Assembly (NCBI GenBank): GCA_034722055.1
Contig: JAYENL010000259.1
Location: forward strand, 1 to 64,000
Length of the DNA: 64,000 bases
Direction of reading: 5' to 3'
Source of the DNA: Armatimonadota bacterium
GTDB lineage: Bacteria > Armatimonadota > Zipacnadia > Zipacnadales > UBA5352
Part shown: positions 35,270 through 45,544 of the stretch, one piece after another
How the letters are laid out: each line of letters begins with the position of its first letter
How positions within the stretch are numbered: position 1 is the first letter of the stretch
The notes under the pieces: generated by a model
The model's database searches: none
Told to the model about the DNA's origin: nothing
What the model saw: only the letters and a program-made list of their open reading frames with translations
Translations under genes and position numbers: made by a program

Positions 35270-35782
35270 TCAACTCTCCCACTCTCCGAGAAGGTCGCGC
35301 AGCTTTTCCAGCGCGTATCGATAGCGCCCCGACGCGGTGTTCGGCGAGATGTCCAAGAGCGTGCCGATCTCCGCGAAGGTGAGCTCATGCCAGACCTTCA
35401 GCACGACCACCTCGCGCTGCTCGACCGGAAGCTCGGCCATCGCCTCCCGCACCGCAATCGCCGAGGCCTGTGATCGCTGCTCGCCGGGCTCGGCCGCCGC
35501 ATTCAGCGGCTGGGTTGGGTGCCGAGTGCGCCGCGCCACGAGGTTCCGGGCCACGCCGAACAGCCACGCCCGCAGGTCGTCGATGTCGCCATACTCGCCG
35601 CGCCGGACCAGCGCCATGAAGCTATCCTGCAGCAGGTCCTCGGCCTCATCGCGCGTCAGGTCCTGCGACATCAGCCACGAGAAGAGCAGCCCCGAGTGGC
35701 GTTCGTACAGGCTGCCCAGGGCGTCCCGTCTCCCTGCGGCCAGTCCGGCCAGCAGCCGGCTGTCGGAGGGCCCACTGTTCAC
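35270..35782 (-). CDS. ECF RNA polymerase sigma-70 factor
   Basis: 'AEDLLQDSF…WLFGVARN'; 'LPVEQREVVVLKVWHELTFAEIG…SPNTASGRYRYAL'. Confidence 0.93.
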   Translation of the reverse strand: MNSGPSDSRLLAGLAAGRRDALGSLYERHSGLLFSWLMSQDLTRDEAEDLLQDSFMALVRRGEYGDIDDLRAWLFGVARNLVARRTRHPTQPLNAAAEPGEQRSQASAIAVREAMAELPVEQREVVVLKVWHELTFAEIGTLLDISPNTASGRYRYALEKLRDLLGEWES

Positions 35783-36047
35783 GCTCGCAGCCTCTCTGCG
35801 CCACCGATGCTCGAGCCGGCAGGCGGATTCAGGCTTGTGTCATGTCCGTCGGCGCCGCTCGTTACTGTGTACCTTCTGCGCAGTGTTTTCGTGTACCCGC
35901 CGCCAGATTCTTTCTCGCCGATCTGCGCGACGGAGGAGAAGTGGCGGCGCGTCGCGTAATCACCCCGCGAACAGAAACGGCCGACGCATCTGGAGATGCG
36001 TCGCTCCGGACGACATACGGCAACGACGACCTGCCGGGAGGCCCGCC

Positions 36048-37646
36048 ATGAACATCTACTGGGGCGATATGCACACGCAGTTCAACCTGGCGCACATGCG
36101 GCTGCAGGCCGAGGGCGTGGACGCCGTGGCCGAGCCGCCGGAGGACGCCGGAGAGTGCGAGGCCTTCGTCCGCCAGGCCTTCGAGGGCGCGCGGGAGTAC
36201 CTGGACTTCTTCCCCATCGTCTACTACCCCGCGCATTTCATCCGCAACGAGCAGGGCTTCCGCTCCGAGACCGTGGGATGGAAGGACTACTACGCCGATG
36301 ACTGGCGGATGATCTGCGAGATGGTGAAGGAGTACCACCGGCCTGGCGAGTTCGTGACTTTCGCCGGCTATGAGTGGACGGGCGACCGCACGCGCTGGGG
36401 CGACCACAACGTCTTCTACCCCTTCGACGACCCGCCCCTGGACCTGAGCCTGCACATCGAGGACCTCTACGCCAATCTGCGCGAGGTCGGAGGCATGGCC
36501 ATCCCCCATCACACCGCCTACGCCTTCGCGAACCGCGGAAAGGACTGGGCCCACTACGATGAGGACATCTCGCCCTTCGGCGAGGTCTTTTCAGTGCACG
36601 GCTCCTCGGAGGGCTGCAACACGCCCTTCACCATGACCCGCAACGGCTCCATGGCCCCGCGAGTGTCGATGAACAGCATCCAGGCGGGGCTGGACCGCGG
36701 CTACCGGCTGGGGATCATCGCCTCCGGCGACAACGGCGGCGGCTTCGCGGGCAAGTGGGGGATCGGCCTGATGGCGGCGGTGGCCGAGGAGCTGACCCGC
36801 GAAAGCCTCTGGGAGGCCTTCATGGCCCGCCGCGTCTACGGCGTGACCGGCGACCGCATCAGGCTGGACTTCACCATCAACGACGCCCCCATGGGCTCGG
36901 TGCTGCAGACCGGGAGGCCGCTGACCATCAGCGCCAGCGTTGGGTGCACAGAGGCGCTGGACCGCATCGAGGTCATCAAGAACGGGCGCGTGGCGTACAC
37001 CCACAACCACAATGGAACCTGGCAGGCGCCCATGGAGGGGACCGTCCGCTGCAAGATCCCCGTGCAGTTCGGCTGGGGGCCGACGGCGCACTACGGCTTC
37101 GAGGTCGGCCCCAAGCAGTGGCAGGGGCGCCTGCGGCTGGCGGAGGGGGAGATCGTCTCCGTCGAGGGCTGCTTCACGCGCCACGGCAACTCCTGGGAGC
37201 AGGTGGCGGACGATGAGGTGCACTTCGACCTCACCACCGACGCGCGGCGCCACGCCGCTGAGGATACCGCGCAGCAGCGGCTCGTCTTCGAGGTGGAGGC
37301 GCCCGCGGACGCCGTCTGCGTGCTGGAGTGCGACCGCCACCGCCTCCAGTTCACGCCTGCGGAGGCCATGCGGCGCAGCGGCCTGATCGTCTACGACCAG
37401 GAGTGCCGGGAGCGGATCCGCCAGCAGTTCGGCGACCAGCGAGGCAAGTGGGACGACCTGCGCGATGCCGTCTACCACAACTCGCACATCATCAAGCGCC
37501 ACCTGGCCATCCCACAGGCGGGCTACACCGCCTCGGCCACGCTGCAGGACGCTGAGGTCGGGCCGGGGCGGAACTACTACTACCTGCGCGTGAGCCAGCT
37601 CAACGGGCAATATGCGTGGTCCAGTCCCATCTGGGTGGATGTGTGA
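36048..37646 (+). CDS. PHP-like metallohydrolase (DUF3604-type)
   Basis: ATG 36048 after GGGAGG; 'YWGDMHTQ', 'FAGYEW', 'GDHNV', 'IPHH', 'GIIASGDN', C-terminal 'YYYLRVSQ…WSSPIWV'. Confidence 0.8.
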   Translation: MNIYWGDMHTQFNLAHMRLQAEGVDAVAEPPEDAGECEAFVRQAFEGAREYLDFFPIVYYPAHFIRNEQGFRSETVGWKDYYADDWRMICEMVKEYHRPGEFVTFAGYEWTGDRTRWGDHNVFYPFDDPPLDLSLHIEDLYANLREVGGMAIPHHTAYAFANRGKDWAHYDEDISPFGEVFSVHGSSEGCNTPFTMTRNGSMAPRVSMNSIQAGLDRGYRLGIIASGDNGGGFAGKWGIGLMAAVAEELTRESLWEAFMARRVYGVTGDRIRLDFTINDAPMGSVLQTGRPLTISASVGCTEALDRIEVIKNGRVAYTHNHNGTWQAPMEGTVRCKIPVQFGWGPTAHYGFEVGPKQWQGRLRLAEGEIVSVEGCFTRHGNSWEQVADDEVHFDLTTDARRHAAEDTAQQRLVFEVEAPADAVCVLECDRHRLQFTPAEAMRRSGLIVYDQECRERIRQQFGDQRGKWDDLRDAVYHNSHIIKRHLAIPQAGYTASATLQDAEVGPGRNYYYLRVSQLNGQYAWSSPIWVDV

Positions 37647-37649
37647 GCG

Positions 37650-38150
37650 GCAGCCGCAAGCTCCAAGCTGCAAGCGACGACCACACGACACGGCAAACGA
37701 CCGGCCGGCTGGGCTGCCCGTGACCCCGTACGGCATGAGGGCAACGACATACGCCAACGACCGGGCGGGAACGGAGGCCCGCCCCTCCAAACGGAACGAC
37801 ACACGGCCCCTTCCCGTGGCACGCACGCTGGAGACCTCTGGTCTCGGTGCGTGCGGCGTTCGTGGCGCTCAAACCGGCCCACGATCATGGGAGGCGGGCG
37901 CCTCCGCCCGGAGGCGCTTGTGCGCCTCTGCCCATACCCACAGCCTCGCCCGCCTGCGGGCCAAAGGCCCGCTCGACCTTCGAACCACAGGAGGCCAGAG
38001 GCCTCACGGGCGCCAGCGTAGTCGCGCCCCTCGGAGACCTCCGGTCTCAACGGCACGCCTACAACGACCGGGCGGGCAAGGAAGCCCGCCCCTCCGCACG
38101 GCAACAGCTACCCGAAGAGCACTGCGCCTGGCAGAAACGTGACTTCAGGC
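37650..38150. repeat. Intergenic mosaic of REP-like palindromes
   Basis: GACCGGGCGGG…GCCCGCCCCTCC units (about 37760 and 38065), GTAGTCGCGCCCCTC and CCGCACGGCAAC motifs shared with 32290-32570; 47-bp unit 37907-37953 shared with 47295-47341. Confidence 0.75.
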
Positions 38151-38374
38151 CACGCCCGAAGTCCACCTCGCCCTCCCCGGAGCGTACTACTCCGAGCAGA
38201 CTCGCGTTTCCTCAAAACTTACGCAAAACGCCATGTCACCAACGGGCTACTATCACCCTCATGAGCGGCATTAGTTCGCGCCAGACCGCACGAACGGGTG
38301 ACATCGGCAGAAGCCCCAGATGACCCTCGCTCTGATCGCCTCTTGCGCCTGGCGTGAGCTACTTCCAATATTGC

Positions 38375-38404
38375 TTGACCACGGACACACTTTCGATATA
38401 TACT
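38375..38404 (+). promoter_or_regulatory. Sigma70-type promoter TTGACC-N18-TATACT upstream of PEP-CTERM gene
   Basis: Near-consensus hexamers in an AT-rich patch about 95 nt upstream of ATG 38499. Confidence 0.55.
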
Positions 38405-38498
38405 GTGTGTGCATTGCGTGTGGTTCCGTGTGGCTTGCGTGTGAGTGCGTGTGGATCGCGTTGGGCCATGCCGCATACTGGGAGAGGACAGGGGCTCC

Positions 38499-39302
38499 AT
38501 GCGACGTCGGGTCATCGCAGCGGTCATCACAGCGCTCGTCGGCGCCCTGCCGGCGTGCGCCGATGTGCTGTGGCCGGAGTCCCAGGACTGGTACGCGTTG
38601 ACCTGCTCCGATGGAGTCTACTACGACCCCGATGACTCGTCGCAGGATTGGCTGGACCTGCGCGGCGGCACCGACGACAACGGGAACCAGTACGCCGCAG
38701 CGTTCCGGGCCTCAGACGACGATCACCTGATGTTCCGCCTGCGACTGGACGCGACCAAGCAGGGCAGGGTGAAGGGCGTCTGGGACATGATGATAGACAC
38801 CGAGGGCGACGGTGTGCTCGACTGGACGCTGCGAGTGGACAAGGCGACGGATGATCAGGTGGAGCTGCTCGCGGTGACGGTGGGCGGCCCGACCTTCGAT
38901 GACATCGAGCTGGCGGAGACGCCCACCTGGTCGGGGGCGCTGGACACGTATCATCTGCTCGTGGACCCCACCGGAGACGGATCGTTCTTCGACCGCGACG
39001 CCGACGTTTTTCGGCAATTCGCGGTCCCATGGAGTGACTTCGCCGCCGCCACTGGCGTCAGCGACCCCAGCGGGTTGTGGCTGGCCCCGTCGGTCTCCAG
39101 AAACGAGAGCGGGCGGTTCCTGGACTACCCGCTCGATGGCTCGGGCGACAGCATCGTTTCGGATTCGCTGACCCCGACCCCGGAGCCCAAGACCCTCGCG
39201 CTGATGGGCCTCGGACTGATGGCGCTCGGCGCGAGAGCCATGGTGGGGCGACGCGGTCGAAGGAGGCAGCCGCCTGAGGACCGCCTGGGTGGCCTCCCAT
39301 GA
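38499..39302 (+). CDS. PEP-CTERM sorting-domain surface protein
   Basis: Signal peptide; Asp-rich body; C-terminal 'TPEPKTLALMGLGLMALGARAMVGRRGRRR' (PEP motif, TM, basic tail). Confidence 0.85.
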   Translation: MRRRVIAAVITALVGALPACADVLWPESQDWYALTCSDGVYYDPDDSSQDWLDLRGGTDDNGNQYAAAFRASDDDHLMFRLRLDATKQGRVKGVWDMMIDTEGDGVLDWTLRVDKATDDQVELLAVTVGGPTFDDIELAETPTWSGALDTYHLLVDPTGDGSFFDRDADVFRQFAVPWSDFAAATGVSDPSGLWLAPSVSRNESGRFLDYPLDGSGDSIVSDSLTPTPEPKTLALMGLGLMALGARAMVGRRGRRRQPPEDRLGGLP

Positions 39303-39359
39303 GCGTGACGATGGCAGAGCGCAGGCGCGCGGCATGATCCCGCGCCCGCTGGCCGTGAG

Positions 39360-40592
39360 CTACTCCCCCTCATAGCCCCGCTCCCGCCAGACCTGGCGGG
39401 AGAAGGCGATCTGCTCCTCGGTGGGCTCCTTGCGCCCCTCGATGCTGGGCCAGGGATCGCCCTCGCGCGGGTCGGGGCGCCAGTCATCGTCCTCGTAGGC
39501 CTCACGGTCCTCCTCGCGGCGGAAGTCCGGCACGTCGATGGTGTTGCTGTCGCTGAGGGCTGAGCGGTAGGCCAGCGGGCCGATGATGGACATAGTCACG
39601 CCGCGGTAGACATCCAGGAAGGGCGGCTCCTTGCGGCGGATGGCCTCCGCGAAGTGGTAGTTCATGAAGAAGTCGCCGCCGCCGTGGCCGGCGCGCATGG
39701 CCTGCTCGTGGAAGTCAGGGAAGTCGGGCCGGTAGATGACCTCCTCGGGATGCTGCCGCTCCTCGTGGTACTGTTCCCGCCGCACTCGCAGCATGCTGCG
39801 GTCGCCCCAGCGCAGGTTCTCCATGGCGCCGCGCGAACCGTGCAGCCGCACCCACACGCCGTGCCCGCGCAGGTAGACCTGCACCAGCCGCACCACCGCG
39901 CCGTTGTCCATGCGCAGCGCAATCATCGAGGAGGCATCGTTGAACTTGACCGTGCGCTGCTCCACAGGGTCGTCCTCGCGCCGGACCATGATGAAGCCGT
40001 TGACCTTCTCCGGCCAGGTCTCGGTGATGAATACGATCGGCGCCAGGGAGTGCGTGCAGTAGTAGGTTGCGGGGATCCAGTTGCGCCAGTGGTAGATGCC
40101 CGGCGAGCGGCCCATAACCACCTCGGCGGGATCGGGGTGGATGTACTCGCCCTCCGCGTACATCACGGTGCCGATCTCCCCAGCCTGGTAGAGCCGCCGC
40201 ATCTCCTGGTTGAAGACCATGTAGGGGTAGTTCTCGGCGAACATGTAGATGAGCCCTGTCCGCTCCACGGTGCGGATCAGCTCCACACCCTCAGCGAGCG
40301 TGAAGCAGGCGGAGGTCTCGCTCATGACGTGCTTGCCGGCCTCCAGGGCCTTGATGGCGAAGGGCGCGTGCTCGTGGAAGTAGTTCGCGAGAATCACGGC
40401 GTCCATGTCATGCTCGAGGAACCGGTCGTAGTCCGTGTAGGTCTCGACGCCGAACTGCTGACCGGCCTGCTCGAGCTTCTCCTCCCACGTGTCACACAGC
40501 GCCACCAACTCCAGGCCCACCAGCGGCCCGGTGCCGCGAGCGAATGACATGCCGCGACCGACTCCGATGACTCCGACCTTAATGGCGCCCAT
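39360..40592 (-). CDS. Gfo/Idh/MocA NAD-dependent oxidoreductase (GH109-like)
   Basis: 'VGVIGVGRG', 'GKHVMSE', 'AENY', 'EGEYIH', 'YCTHS', 'GHGGGD'. Confidence 0.9.
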   Translation of the reverse strand: MGAIKVGVIGVGRGMSFARGTGPLVGLELVALCDTWEEKLEQAGQQFGVETYTDYDRFLEHDMDAVILANYFHEHAPFAIKALEAGKHVMSETSACFTLAEGVELIRTVERTGLIYMFAENYPYMVFNQEMRRLYQAGEIGTVMYAEGEYIHPDPAEVVMGRSPGIYHWRNWIPATYYCTHSLAPIVFITETWPEKVNGFIMVRREDDPVEQRTVKFNDASSMIALRMDNGAVVRLVQVYLRGHGVWVRLHGSRGAMENLRWGDRSMLRVRREQYHEERQHPEEVIYRPDFPDFHEQAMRAGHGGGDFFMNYHFAEAIRRKEPPFLDVYRGVTMSIIGPLAYRSALSDSNTIDVPDFRREEDREAYEDDDWRPDPREGDPWPSIEGRKEPTEEQIAFSRQVWRERGYEGE

Positions 40593-40614
40593 CTGTGGCC
40601 TCCTTCGGTGGAGC

Positions 40615-40697
40615 TATCAGCTATCAGCGATCAGCGATCAGCGGTCAGCGGTCAGCGGTCAGCTATCAGCAACAGCTACGGCTGCGTACGGCTCGGG
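40615..40697 (-). repeat. Heptamer tandem array (8 x GCTGANN on transcribed strand) with conserved leader
   Basis: + strand TATCAGC x2, GATCAGC x2, GGTCAGC x3, TATCAGC, then AACAGCTACGGCTGCGTACGGC. Confidence 0.92.
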
Positions 40698-40702
40698 CCC
40701 GG

Positions 40703-43120
40703 TCACTGTTTCATCACCCACACGCGCTTGTAGATGCCGCCCTTGCCGGCTGAATCCCGGACGGCGACCGCCAGGAAGTTGCTCTCCCCGAAGCTGACGG
40801 CGTCGGAGATGTCGATGGTGAAGGGGCGCTTCCAGCCGTCGGGGCCCTCCATCGTGTGATCTGCGACGAGCTCACCGTTGATCCAGATCTTGGCGTCCTC
40901 ATCCACGGAGCCGAAGAACAGCACCAGCCGCTCGCCCTGGTGCCTGGGGTCCACGGTGAAGCTGGTGCGGTACCAGCCCAGGCCGTCGTAGTCGTCGCCA
41001 TGCTGATCTTCCCACTCCCGGCCCTGGCGCTGGTCCTCCCAGAACCTATCAGTGCGGATCTTCGTCCAGCCCTCCGCTGCGCCATGAAGGCTCTGCCACC
41101 CCTCGTCCTCCCCCACCTCATCGGGGTCGAAGCGGAAGCGCCAGTCGCGATCCAGCAGCACCACGGCCGAGCGATCGCCGATGTCCCGCACCAGCTTGTA
41201 GCCGGCGTAGTCGCCGTACTTGGTGTCGCGCCACATGGCCCAGTAGGGGTTGATGACATTGTCGCGGCCGATGTCCATACGGTAGCGGTGCATGCGGCGG
41301 ATGACGTCGATGTTTGCGGCCAGGTCGCCGGTGCCGGAGTTGATGGCCTCCGTGGCGGCGATGGCCCGGGCGGTCATCTGCGCGTGGCGGAGCGCCCGCA
41401 GCAGATCGTTGACGCGCCGCTGCACAATCTCCGGTTCGCCCAGCGCCATCCGGCGGGCCTCCATGAGCATGTCGAGGGCGGGGGCGAAGGCCTCCCGGTC
41501 ATAGACGTAGGGGATGACGCGCTCTCCCCCGCGCGCCATGTTGCGGTAGCCCAGCTCGTACATCTCATCGCGCCATCGCGGCCACTCCTCGCGCGCGTAG
41601 CGGTTCCAGTACTCGAAGTACTCCCGCACTGTCGGGGCGGCGGCCCCGAAGGCCGCGTAGTACTCCCCCAGGAGCTGCTCGGTGGAGGCGGTGGTGTCCC
41701 AGTGCAGTCGGGCCAGGAGGTAGTACACCGGGCCCTGGATGCACCACTGGCCCGACAGGGAGTCGTAGTCGGTGCCGATCATGCCGTTGGCGGCGGCGAA
41801 GCGGAAGTCGTCGGCCATGCGATGCAGTGGCGCCCGCGGCACGGCGTGCAGCCCGCCCAGCCAGTTGGGGCGCAGGAAGAGCTTCGTGGCCTGCCGGTGC
41901 CACGCCATCCAGTCCTCGCGGAACTGCTCGCTGGACTCGCCGGTGTTCGGGTAGCCGACGGCGGGCACGAAGCCCACGATGATATTGGGCTCAAGCCGGG
42001 TCTCGCGCGGCGGGAAGCGGTAGCGGCTGTAGGCGTAGACGGCCACGTAGGCGTCGGGATCGACCTGGGCCACGCGCTTGGCGACCTCGTTCCAGAACTT
42101 GGCGTAGCGGTCGGAGAGGATCACCCGCGGACCCTCCGGCGTCTGCTCCACGTAGTCCTCCACGTCCCAGGCCCGGCAGGCCTCGCACTGGCAGAAGCCG
42201 CCGCCATCGTTCTCGCAGGCGTTCAGCGTGCGGTTGGCGACCGGGTCCTGCTGCCAGCGCTCCTTCCAGCGCTCGACGATGAAGTCCCACAGCGCCGGCT
42301 GAGAGACGCACATCTTGATGCGGTCGGGCGGGCCCCAGGGCGCGCGCTCGCCATCCTCGTTGAGGGCGAAGAACTCCGGATGCTCCTCGCCATACTGCTC
42401 CCACCAGCGGGTGAAGGCGTGGCCGTAGTTGATGCGCAGGCTCACCCCCATGCGCATGCGGCGCTTCCAGACCGCCTCGTCGTGGGCCAGCCGCGAGGCG
42501 ATCTCGCGGTCCAGCGGGCCGGTGGACTGCTCGATGCGCTCCAGGAAGGTGCTCCTGATGCCGGCGCGGAGCTTGCGCTGCTTGATCTGCGGCACCTCGT
42601 GGATGTCAAGCTCCCCGACGGTGACAGTCGGCGAGTGGGGGATGACCGTGCCCGTCTGTCCGGGCCACAGCCAGCGCACGCCGAGCTGGTCCTGCAGGAA
42701 GTCATAGACCGCGAAGAGCGTGCCGGTCTGGGAGTAGAAGTGCATGGGGTCGTCGCGCTCGCCGTAGGCCGGGCGGTCTCGGCCCAGAAGGAAGAGGTCC
42801 CCTCCCGCGGTGAGGATGCGGATGGCCTCCGGCTCCAGGGCCTCGGCGTCAATGCCGGCCTCGAGCGCCGCGTCGGTCGGCCCGACAAAGACGCGGTGGG
42901 GGACGTCATCCGGGCACTGGCTCTCGGCGACAACGGGGATCTCCGCGCCGCTCACGGCCTGCAGGAAGTGCTGCAGCTCGCGGGCTGGATAGCGGTGCAG
43001 CTCCAGGGCGTCATCGGGGATGACGATGGCGCAGTTGGCCTGTCCGTGCTCGGTCAGATTCATGGCCGCGCATGGCAGCGCGCAGGTGAACGCGAGTGTG
43101 AGGATCGCGAGGCGCTTCAT
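40703..43120 (-). CDS. Secreted DUF4838-type putative glycoside hydrolase with C-terminal GH2-like sugar-binding domain
   Basis: MKRLAIL signal peptide; 'GTLFAVYDFL…LGVRWLWPG', 'GHAF', 'HPEFFAL', 'MCVSQP', 'NDGGGFCQC'; 'YDGLGWYRTSF…FGSVDEDAKIWING…GGIYKRV'. Confidence 0.8.
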   Translation of the reverse strand: MKRLAILTLAFTCALPCAAMNLTEHGQANCAIVIPDDALELHRYPARELQHFLQAVSGAEIPVVAESQCPDDVPHRVFVGPTDAALEAGIDAEALEPEAIRILTAGGDLFLLGRDRPAYGERDDPMHFYSQTGTLFAVYDFLQDQLGVRWLWPGQTGTVIPHSPTVTVGELDIHEVPQIKQRKLRAGIRSTFLERIEQSTGPLDREIASRLAHDEAVWKRRMRMGVSLRINYGHAFTRWWEQYGEEHPEFFALNEDGERAPWGPPDRIKMCVSQPALWDFIVERWKERWQQDPVANRTLNACENDGGGFCQCEACRAWDVEDYVEQTPEGPRVILSDRYAKFWNEVAKRVAQVDPDAYVAVYAYSRYRFPPRETRLEPNIIVGFVPAVGYPNTGESSEQFREDWMAWHRQATKLFLRPNWLGGLHAVPRAPLHRMADDFRFAAANGMIGTDYDSLSGQWCIQGPVYYLLARLHWDTTASTEQLLGEYYAAFGAAAPTVREYFEYWNRYAREEWPRWRDEMYELGYRNMARGGERVIPYVYDREAFAPALDMLMEARRMALGEPEIVQRRVNDLLRALRHAQMTARAIAATEAINSGTGDLAANIDVIRRMHRYRMDIGRDNVINPYWAMWRDTKYGDYAGYKLVRDIGDRSAVVLLDRDWRFRFDPDEVGEDEGWQSLHGAAEGWTKIRTDRFWEDQRQGREWEDQHGDDYDGLGWYRTSFTVDPRHQGERLVLFFGSVDEDAKIWINGELVADHTMEGPDGWKRPFTIDISDAVSFGESNFLAVAVRDSAGKGGIYKRVWVMKQ

Positions 43121-43413
43121 GGTCTGCTCCTCCTCGAGCGGCATGCCCGCGGGGGTCACTCTTCGCCAGGCGCGGGCGCCGCCCCTGCCCGAAGGCCAGG
43201 CGGGGCGCCCGACGAAGGGCTCTCAGCCCACGGCGGCCGCGGGGGAGGGCAAGGCGGACCGGGCGCCGAAGGCTCCTGGCGGAGCGTTACCCTCGTGACG
43301 TCGAGATACGCCGCCGCCCGGACCCGTGTGCACTCGCCACCGTCTCGTTCGGCGACTGCCGGTAAGCTATCAACCTGCCTGGCCGCGACTGACAGCGCCA
43401 TTGAGGAAGCACT

Positions 43414-43905
43414 GTGAATCCGACTGGAAGCGAGACTGTCCTGCAGATGCTGCGGCGATCCTACCTCGCCGTTGACGGCCTGTGGTTCGTGATGATCGAG
43501 GAGGAGGAGGGCCTGGAGCGCGCCATGGAGCTGGATGAGCGCGTGTGGCAGGTGATGCCCAAGATCCAGGCGCGCAAGGCCCGGGAGCTGCTGGGCGTCG
43601 AGGGCCGAAGCCCTTCGGAGCTGGTGCGGTGCATGGCGCTGAAGTTCGCCGCCGAGGGCCACGACTTCGTGCTGCGGACGAAGGATCCGCGGGAGGCCAG
43701 GGTGGTCATCAAAGAGTGCTCCTGGCGCGCCGCGCTGCGGTCCGCGGACAAGATGCACCTGGCGCCGGAGATCGCCGACCGCATCTGCGCCACCGAGGGC
43801 ACCGTGTGGGCCGCCGAGTTCGCCGAGGACATCGAGTTCGAGCTGCAGGAGGCGATGTGCAAGGGCGGCGACTGCTGCCGCTTCGTCTTCCGCACGAGGG
43901 CCTGA
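43414..43905 (+). CDS. DUF6125 / V4R-like small ligand-binding protein
   Basis: 'YLAVDGLWF…LDERVW', 'ECSW', 'RIC', 'GGDCCRFVF'. Confidence 0.7.
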   Translation: MNPTGSETVLQMLRRSYLAVDGLWFVMIEEEEGLERAMELDERVWQVMPKIQARKARELLGVEGRSPSELVRCMALKFAAEGHDFVLRTKDPREARVVIKECSWRAALRSADKMHLAPEIADRICATEGTVWAAEFAEDIEFELQEAMCKGGDCCRFVFRTRA

Positions 43906-43925
43906 TGACGTCCATGCGAGACCGG

Positions 43926-44150
<225 letters not shown>

Positions 44151-44171
44151 CCCGAACCGAGTGATTCACAC

Positions 44172-45317
44172 ATGCCACGCGAGCCGCTGACAGTTCTCAT
44201 CAAGCCCGCGGGCCCGGACTGCAACCTGGCCTGCACCTACTGCTTCTACCGCGAGAAGGCGGCGCTGTACCCCGACTCGGCCAGGCACCGCATGTCCGAT
44301 GAGACCCTGCGGGAGCTGGTGCGCAAGTACATGAACTACCACGATCAGATGGTGCCCTTCGCATGGCAGGGCGGGGAGCCGACGCTGATGGGCTTGGACT
44401 TCTTCAAGCGCGCCGTGCGATACCAGCAGCTCTACGGCCGCCCGGGGCAGAGCGTATCCAACAGCCTGCAGACCAACGCCATCCTGCTGGATGATCCCGC
44501 CTGGGCCCGCTTCCTGCACGAGTACCATTTCCTGGTCGGGGCCAGCATCGACGGACCGGCGGAGGTGCATGACCCCTTCCGGATCACGCACGACGGCCGG
44601 GGATCGCACGGGCAGGTGGTGGCGGCGATCCAGACTCTGCTGGAGCATGAGGTCGAGGTCAACATCCTGGCCATGGTTCAGCCCGAGAACGTGCACCGGC
44701 CGGCGGAGACCTACGAGTACCTGCTCTCGCTGGGCGTGGACTTCCTGCAGTTCATCCCGCTGGCGGAGCCGGACCCCTCGGGCGAGGGTCTGGCCGATTT
44801 CAGCATCGATCCGGTCGATTACGGGCGGTTCCTCTGCGAGACCTTCGACCTGTGGGCCGCAGAGAGGCCCCGGCCGGCCTACGTGCGGATGTTCGACGAC
44901 ATGCTGGCCGTGGTCATGGGCCACCCGCATCCCACCTGCATGTTCGGGCCGGAGTGCGGGAGGTACTTCGTGGTGGAGCACAATGGCGACATCTACGCCT
45001 GCGACTTCTTCGTGGAGCCACAGTGGTGCTACGGCAACATCCATGAGATGCGCTTCCACCACATCCGCCGCCTGGAGCGCTACAAGCGCTTCCGCGATCG
45101 CAAGACCGCAGGGCTGACCGAGTGTGCCCAGTGCGAGTGGTTCGAGCTCTGCCACGGCGGCTGCCCCAAGTATCGGGTGATGCTCGGCGACGCCCAGCGG
45201 CCCACCTACTTCTGCGAGTCCTACACTATGTTCTTCGAGCACGCCTACGACACTCTGGAGGAGATGGCGGAGCGGCTGAAGGCGGAGCGGGAGCAGGAGG
45301 GCGTCGGACGCAGATGA
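44172..45317 (+). CDS. Anaerobic sulfatase maturase (radical SAM/SPASM, AslB/ChuR family)
   Basis: 'IKPAGPDCNLACTYCFY', 'WQGGEPTLMG', 'QTNA', 'SIDGP', 'EHNGDIYACDFFV', 'CAQC…CHGGCPK…C'. Confidence 0.93.
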   Translation: MPREPLTVLIKPAGPDCNLACTYCFYREKAALYPDSARHRMSDETLRELVRKYMNYHDQMVPFAWQGGEPTLMGLDFFKRAVRYQQLYGRPGQSVSNSLQTNAILLDDPAWARFLHEYHFLVGASIDGPAEVHDPFRITHDGRGSHGQVVAAIQTLLEHEVEVNILAMVQPENVHRPAETYEYLLSLGVDFLQFIPLAEPDPSGEGLADFSIDPVDYGRFLCETFDLWAAERPRPAYVRMFDDMLAVVMGHPHPTCMFGPECGRYFVVEHNGDIYACDFFVEPQWCYGNIHEMRFHHIRRLERYKRFRDRKTAGLTECAQCEWFELCHGGCPKYRVMLGDAQRPTYFCESYTMFFEHAYDTLEEMAERLKAEREQEGVGRR

Positions 45318-45544
45318 TCCGGTGCATCCTCAGATTGTCGGTTGCGGGGGGAGCGGGTGCAAGTCAGCTCACTGCTGGCGTTCGCCGGCGTGTCGTTTGC
45401 CCCAGGGTGCCCGAGGTCGAGTGGCGCTGCGCGCCACAAGCCGGCGAGGGCGCCGGCTTCCCAAGGATGGAATACCTTGCCGGGGGACCGGCCCCCGAAG
45501 CATGGAATGAGCCGCCGGCTCCGTGATTGCGCGAGGGTTTCAGG

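Noticed and set aside
35337..36047. N-terminal extension of the 769-aa plus ORF (likewise 50600-50851, 47198-47329, 5863-6024)
   Set aside because: Extensions overlap opposite-strand genes or intergenic sequence; RBS and family motifs support the downstream starts
40675..40697. GAGCCGTACGC resembling group II intron domain V
   Set aside because: No GNRA loop, no complementary 3' strand, no RT or other intron domains
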